From Selaginella moellendorffii (Eukaryota > Plantae > Lycopodiophyta): a stretch of 64,000 nt of DNA. Position 1 is the first letter of the stretch. Every line of letters begins with the position of its first letter. The stretch covers positions 6,728,817-6,792,816 of the forward strand of contig NW_003314261.1 of assembly GCF_000143415.4 (NCBI RefSeq). The letters are read 5' to 3'. The position numbers and the translations under genes are program-made. Positions 59,416-64,000 of this stretch are shown here, in pieces. The notes beneath the pieces were generated by a model. The model was not told the origin of the DNA. It did no database searches and was given only the letters and a program-made list of their open reading frames with translations.

Positions 59416-61221
59416 ATGGCGCCGCGGGCTATTCGCAAGGCGCTGGGGGCCGTCAAGGATCAGACCACCATCGGCATCGCCAAGGTCGCGGGCTCCAGCG
59501 TTCCAGAGCTCGAGGTTGCCGTCGTCAAGGCCACAAGCCATGAAGAGGTGCCCGTGGATGACAAGTACGTCCATGAGCTCCTCTACCTGACCTCCTACTC
59601 GCGAGGCTACGTGAATGCGTGCCTGGGGCTGCTGGCCAGGCGGCTCGGCAAGACGAGGAACTGGGTGGTCGCCATCAAAACCCTCATGGTCACGCACCGC
59701 CTGCTTCGAGAAGCCGATCCGACCTTCGAGGAGGAGCTGGCTAGAATGGGGAGGAGAATGCTCATGCTCTCAGCCTTCACGGACGAGTCGCGGTCCAATG
59801 GGTGGGACTACACGGCGTTCGTTCGGACTTACGCGCTCTACCTCGACGAGCGCCTCGACTGCCATGTCTTTTCTCCCGGACAAGCGCCCAAGCGTGAGCG
59901 TGGAGGATACGATGGTGGTGGCTACAGGAACGAGGAGTACAGATACAGCGATTCCAGGGACTACTACGATGATAGACGACGAGAATCTCCTCCGAGACAA
60001 ACCACCGGCCAGCTCAAGACGAAAGACATGAAGCCCGACATGCTGCTGGAGAAGCTGCCGGTGATGCAGCGGATCATGGAGCGTATGCTGGCTTGCAGGC
60101 CCGCGGGTGCTGCGCGGTACCACCGTCTCACCCAGATCTGCCTCTACATGATCATCAAGGAGAGCTTCCAGTTGTATGGAGAGATCCGAGACGGCATCAC
60201 GGTGCTCCTGGAGGCCTTCTTTGACATGGAGTACCAGGAGTCAACCAAGGCTTTCGACATCTATGCGAAGTCCGCCAAGCAGTCCGAGGAGCTCGACTCC
60301 TTTTACAACGTTTGCAAGCACATTGGAGTGGGAAGGTCCTCGGACTACCCCACGATAGTCAAGGTGGCGCAGGACCATCTCGACACTCTGGAAGACTCGC
60401 TCAGGGAGAGATCTCGCTCTGGCTCTCGCGCTCAGAGACCAAAGAGCCCAGAGCCCAGTCCGCCACCCAAGGCCGAGGAGTCGGAGCCCGAGGACATCGA
60501 TTACAATGGTATCAAGGCCTTGCCAGCGCCTCCAGTGGAGCCTCCCGCTCCGGAGCCGGAGCCACAGGTAGAGGAGAAGGACGCCGACCTTCTCAACCTG
60601 GACAAGTCGACCATGGTTGCCGAGGGTGACAGGCTCGCGCTGGCCTTGTTCTCCGACGCTCCGTCGGCGAATGGAAAGTGGGAGCCGTTCGGCTCGAGCA
60701 CTCCCCAGGCCAATGGCGGCAGCGCCGCCTCCTACTCGGAGAATGGCAAAGCCGGGTGGGAGCTTGCGTTGGTGACCGAGGCCAGCAATCTCGCCAAGAC
60801 TCCCACCACCTCACTCGCCGGCAACTTCGACCAGCTCCTCCTCGACAGCATGTACGAGCAAGGCAGCGTGGCTCAAAAGGCGGTGTCGAGCATGCCGGCC
60901 GGGAGCGCCAGCAGCGTCGCGATCCCGGGCAAGCCGACGAACTATCTCGCGCTTCCAGCTCCGTCCGGGACGGTGGACGAGGACCCCTTCACGGCCTCGC
61001 TCGGTGTTCCTCCGCCACCGTTCGTGCAAATGGCGGACATGCAGCAAAAGCAAAGGCTTCTCACTCAGGAGCAGCAGCTATGGAACCAGTACCAGCAAAA
61101 TGGGATGCAAGGTCAGTATGGCTACACGAGTTACTACGGGAACGGGCATCCTCAGTATGGCTACTATTCTTACGGCATGGGAATGGGCGGAGCATCATAC
61201 GGGTATGGTTACAATTACTAG
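59416..61221 (+). CDS. ANTH-domain clathrin assembly protein (PICALM/AP180 family), intronless
   Basis: IRKALGAVKDQT, VVKATSH, RLGKTRNWVVAIK, YALYLDERL, GWELALV, LLLDSMY and DPF. Confidence 0.95.
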   Translation: MAPRAIRKALGAVKDQTTIGIAKVAGSSVPELEVAVVKATSHEEVPVDDKYVHELLYLTSYSRGYVNACLGLLARRLGKTRNWVVAIKTLMVTHRLLREADPTFEEELARMGRRMLMLSAFTDESRSNGWDYTAFVRTYALYLDERLDCHVFSPGQAPKRERGGYDGGGYRNEEYRYSDSRDYYDDRRRESPPRQTTGQLKTKDMKPDMLLEKLPVMQRIMERMLACRPAGAARYHRLTQICLYMIIKESFQLYGEIRDGITVLLEAFFDMEYQESTKAFDIYAKSAKQSEELDSFYNVCKHIGVGRSSDYPTIVKVAQDHLDTLEDSLRERSRSGSRAQRPKSPEPSPPPKAEESEPEDIDYNGIKALPAPPVEPPAPEPEPQVEEKDADLLNLDKSTMVAEGDRLALALFSDAPSANGKWEPFGSSTPQANGGSAASYSENGKAGWELALVTEASNLAKTPTTSLAGNFDQLLLDSMYEQGSVAQKAVSSMPAGSASSVAIPGKPTNYLALPAPSGTVDEDPFTASLGVPPPPFVQMADMQQKQRLLTQEQQLWNQYQQNGMQGQYGYTSYYGNGHPQYGYYSYGMGMGGASYGYGYNY

Positions 61222-61599
61222 CTTTCCTTCGTTGGTTCTTACCTTTGGGAGGAAGAATAAGCTTCGACAGCAGCAGGCATGAAGATCGTCGTCGTCGTCG
61301 TGGAGTAATAATATACATACTAGAGAGAGCCAGGTTCCCATTCTTTTTTTTTTTTTTTCTCTTGTTCTTCTTTCTCGTTTTTGACCACTCTACACTTTTG
61401 TAACTTTTGTTCTTTATATCGAATCGAGGCTGTGTTTTGCTTTTGTTGTGCTGAGCCCAGGCCGAGCATCCATCCAGATTATCGACATTATCAGGACAAC
61501 GAAAGAAAAGAATACAGAGATTTTCCAAAGCTTTAGTCCAAAACTGGTTATTCAGGTTCTTTGCCTCTCTCTCTTTTGAAACCTTCGATGCTGGTGTTT

Positions 61600-62656
61600 T
61601 CACGCTGCTGGCTTTTGGAAGCCCTCTCCAGGCAAGCGGAGGAAGGTTCGGGCATCGAGCTCTTTATAGTTGAGCTCAAAGTCGGTTTTGTCCCTGCAAG
61701 AAAAGATCAAACAGATGAACAGGGAGAACACCCGGTACGTACTTCATAAATCTATCGATTGTCTCTGACGCTCCTTTCTTCATTGTCAGCAGCAGCAACT
61801 TGGCCTTGTCGAGATTTCGCTGCTCCATGTACTCGTCGAATTTCTCTGGATCGGTGTCAAGCCTGGCAAAGAAAGAAGTTTAGTGGATCAAGTGTATACC
61901 AACGTTACCTCTTCAACGCAGCAGCGCTTTGTTCCTCAAACAGCCTCATCCCTTCCTTGTCATCTCGAGTGAGCGGCTTACCGATTTTACTCTCTACTGC
62001 GTCGATCACTTCCATCATTGCCTTGTTGCCCTCGACGTCTTCCATGCCTTTGCTGGAGAAACAAAAGAAGGACGAAATTCGTGACACCGCACAGACAGAG
62101 AAACAGGAGAACTTACGAGGCTTGAAAGCGGCCAAGCTTCTCGTAAAACTGGCGCACAGACTTGGATCGCTGCGCCAATCCTTCCATCATATTTTGTAGC
62201 TGCACTTCTGGAGGAGGCAAGCCAACGCTGTTCCACAAGAAAAAGAAAACGAAAACAATGAATTGGAACTTTGATCGTTGGATGACTTACTTCGATCGAG
62301 CTTGCAAGATGTTATCCGAGAGCTCCTTGACAACCTTGGGATCATCAGGGTCGATGACAATCCGGAACTTTCTAAACTCCCTAGTCAAGTTGAACAAAAG
62401 CTCCAGCTTCTCGATGAATTTCTCCTTGACAATATCTATGAGAGAAAACCGTAAGAAAGCGCGCAACAATTGCTCAAAATCACACCTTTTGGCTCCTCCT
62501 CTGCCTGCTCGGCAAACGCTCGGCATGGCACGCCCTCGAATCCAGACCTCACCGGCTGCCGCATCCAAGATCAATCAATCCAAAATGCAGGATCCCTGGG
62601 CTTACCGGATGGAGCCGAGACGCAGCTCGGAGAATCCCTCCCCTCCACATCGCCAT
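61600..62656 (-). CDS. MGP1: Mitochondrial ATP synthase 24 kDa (FAd) subunit
   Basis: Presequence ...VPCRAFAE; IVIDPDDPKVVK; MMEVIDAVESKIGKPLTRDDKEGM; KELDARTFL. These match recalled plant FAd motifs. Confidence 0.8.
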
Positions 62657-64000
62657 TCCTTCGCTACAAGTGCCCCGAAGAACCCTACAAACGAAAAAGC
62701 CCTATATCCCCAAGCATCGTTTCGAGGTTCGATCCTGTTTGACTAATTTTGACTCTACGGTCAAAATATGTGGACTTTTTAGGTCAAGGGAATGGTGACA
62801 TTATAGTCAAAGTCTTTTAGAAGTTTCAGATCTACACTCCAGGCGCCAAAAGATGTGGAAGCTTTTGTCGGGTAAATCCTTGTTGATAGGACGACCGGCA
62901 GGGTACGAGAGCGATGAATTGATCGACACAAGAAAATGTGTGTGTGTTTGTGGTGAGAATGATAGAGTGGCTGATGTCAGGCAGTGAAAGTGGAGAACAC
63001 GTAAGTTAACTTTTTTCCAGGTTTTTTTTTAATTTTTTAATATTTAATTTTTTGAAAAGGTGGTAATTTTAAATTAATTTTTCATCCTTTCTGCGAGCTT
63101 CAATAATGGTACCAATAGTAATCCTTGTGTCTGATAGGCGCTTTTCCCTTGCCACTTTTCAGAGAATTTCCCAAAGTCCCACGCTTGACTGGCCCCTCCT
63201 CCTCTTTGACATGCTCCTCCTATTTTCTCTATGGCCAACTTTCGAAAATATGTTAGTTTGATGTTGCGTGTGTTAGCGCGGGTTCCATCGGGTATCGATC
63301 ACGCTTTGTGTGTGTATATAGCGACTTCGATCCGGTCAATAGAGGTCGTCTTGAAATTTTTGTCCAACGAAGTGAGTGACGTCTACGGACACATTACTGG
63401 CGCGAGTGAGATTGCGACTCGCTTGATTAACAGCGCAAAGCACTTTGAATTTCTATGCCATTCCGATCTAATCTCTTGGGCTGGATAGATTTGTAAAAAT
63501 CCAAAGTGATTTGATGAGACATATACAGATCTGGAGCTGTGACGTTGGTGTGAGAGTACGGAAAAGATTCCGGGGCTTTTAGACTTTAGGCTGAAGTTCA
63601 TCCAGCAAAAGGGAAGACAACGACCCCTGGAAAAATCTCTAGACAAAGATCAAAGTCATCCAACACTGAAAAGAGGGACAACTCAGTGGTCTTACACCTA
63701 ATTTAGATGATAATGGAAGCAATTTGGACAAAGATAGAACTCTTTCGCGTCAACCCGGCTTTGGCTCCATCAAAATCACCATCACGAGGTCGCTGTGATC
63801 ACAACGCTGTGAACAGCTGAAGCTTGAACCGATGAATTCCAGCCACCAATTCATCTTGCCAACAAGAAGGCTTGAATTTCTACAAATTCTTTGCAGTTTC
63901 GTTTTCAAAGTCGTGCTCCAAGTCTATAGGACGTGGCAGAAGTTTTGACACTCAGGGCAAGAGTATCACATGTAAAAAGCCGGCCTGTGTCCACTTGGTG

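Noticed and set aside
59176-61603. Overlapping alternative-frame and antisense ORFs around the ANTH gene and other GC-rich exons
   Set aside because: These are expected shadow ORFs of high-GC coding sequence, with no recognisable motifs.
63000-64000. Short ORFs and possible miRNA-like sequence at the window end
   Set aside because: No recognisable family or convincing hairpin. Probably intergenic or flanking a gene outside the window.

Overview
Eukaryotic land-plant nuclear DNA. It is very gene-dense, with mostly ~50-70 nt introns and intergenic gaps often under 250 bp. This style resembles a compact lycophyte genome such as Selaginella, which is an inference only. Layout: (1) 1-20.2 kb holds a PPR gene; a duplicated module of prodomain-less, catalytically dead papain-like genes set tail-to-tail with intronless helical-repeat ORFs; then GH5 mannanase, VHA-F, CA1P phosphatase, PTH2, XRCC2, RPL38 and PMP22. 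(2) 20.2-39.1 kb is a nested TE island: a LINE remnant split by a young non-autonomous LTR element (TSD ATATA), an old inverted LTR relic, and a Ty3/gypsy chromovirus with a Tf1-like self-priming signature whose gag is interrupted by a solo LTR. (3) 40.5-49.4 kb holds a Crinkler/RHS-type header + NTPase + nuclease-like gene, a GDSL lipase and a second solo LTR. (4) 50.3-62.7 kb holds a SIS/PHI-like isomerase, PP2C, endo-beta-mannosidase, TIC40, an ANTH clathrin adaptor and the mitochondrial ATP synthase 24 kDa subunit. The best candidates for new biology are the secreted pseudoprotease module, the Crinkler-like gene, the self-priming chromovirus and recurrent Pol III B-box motifs in Pol II promoters. 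Gene models were spliced by eye and no database searches were run.
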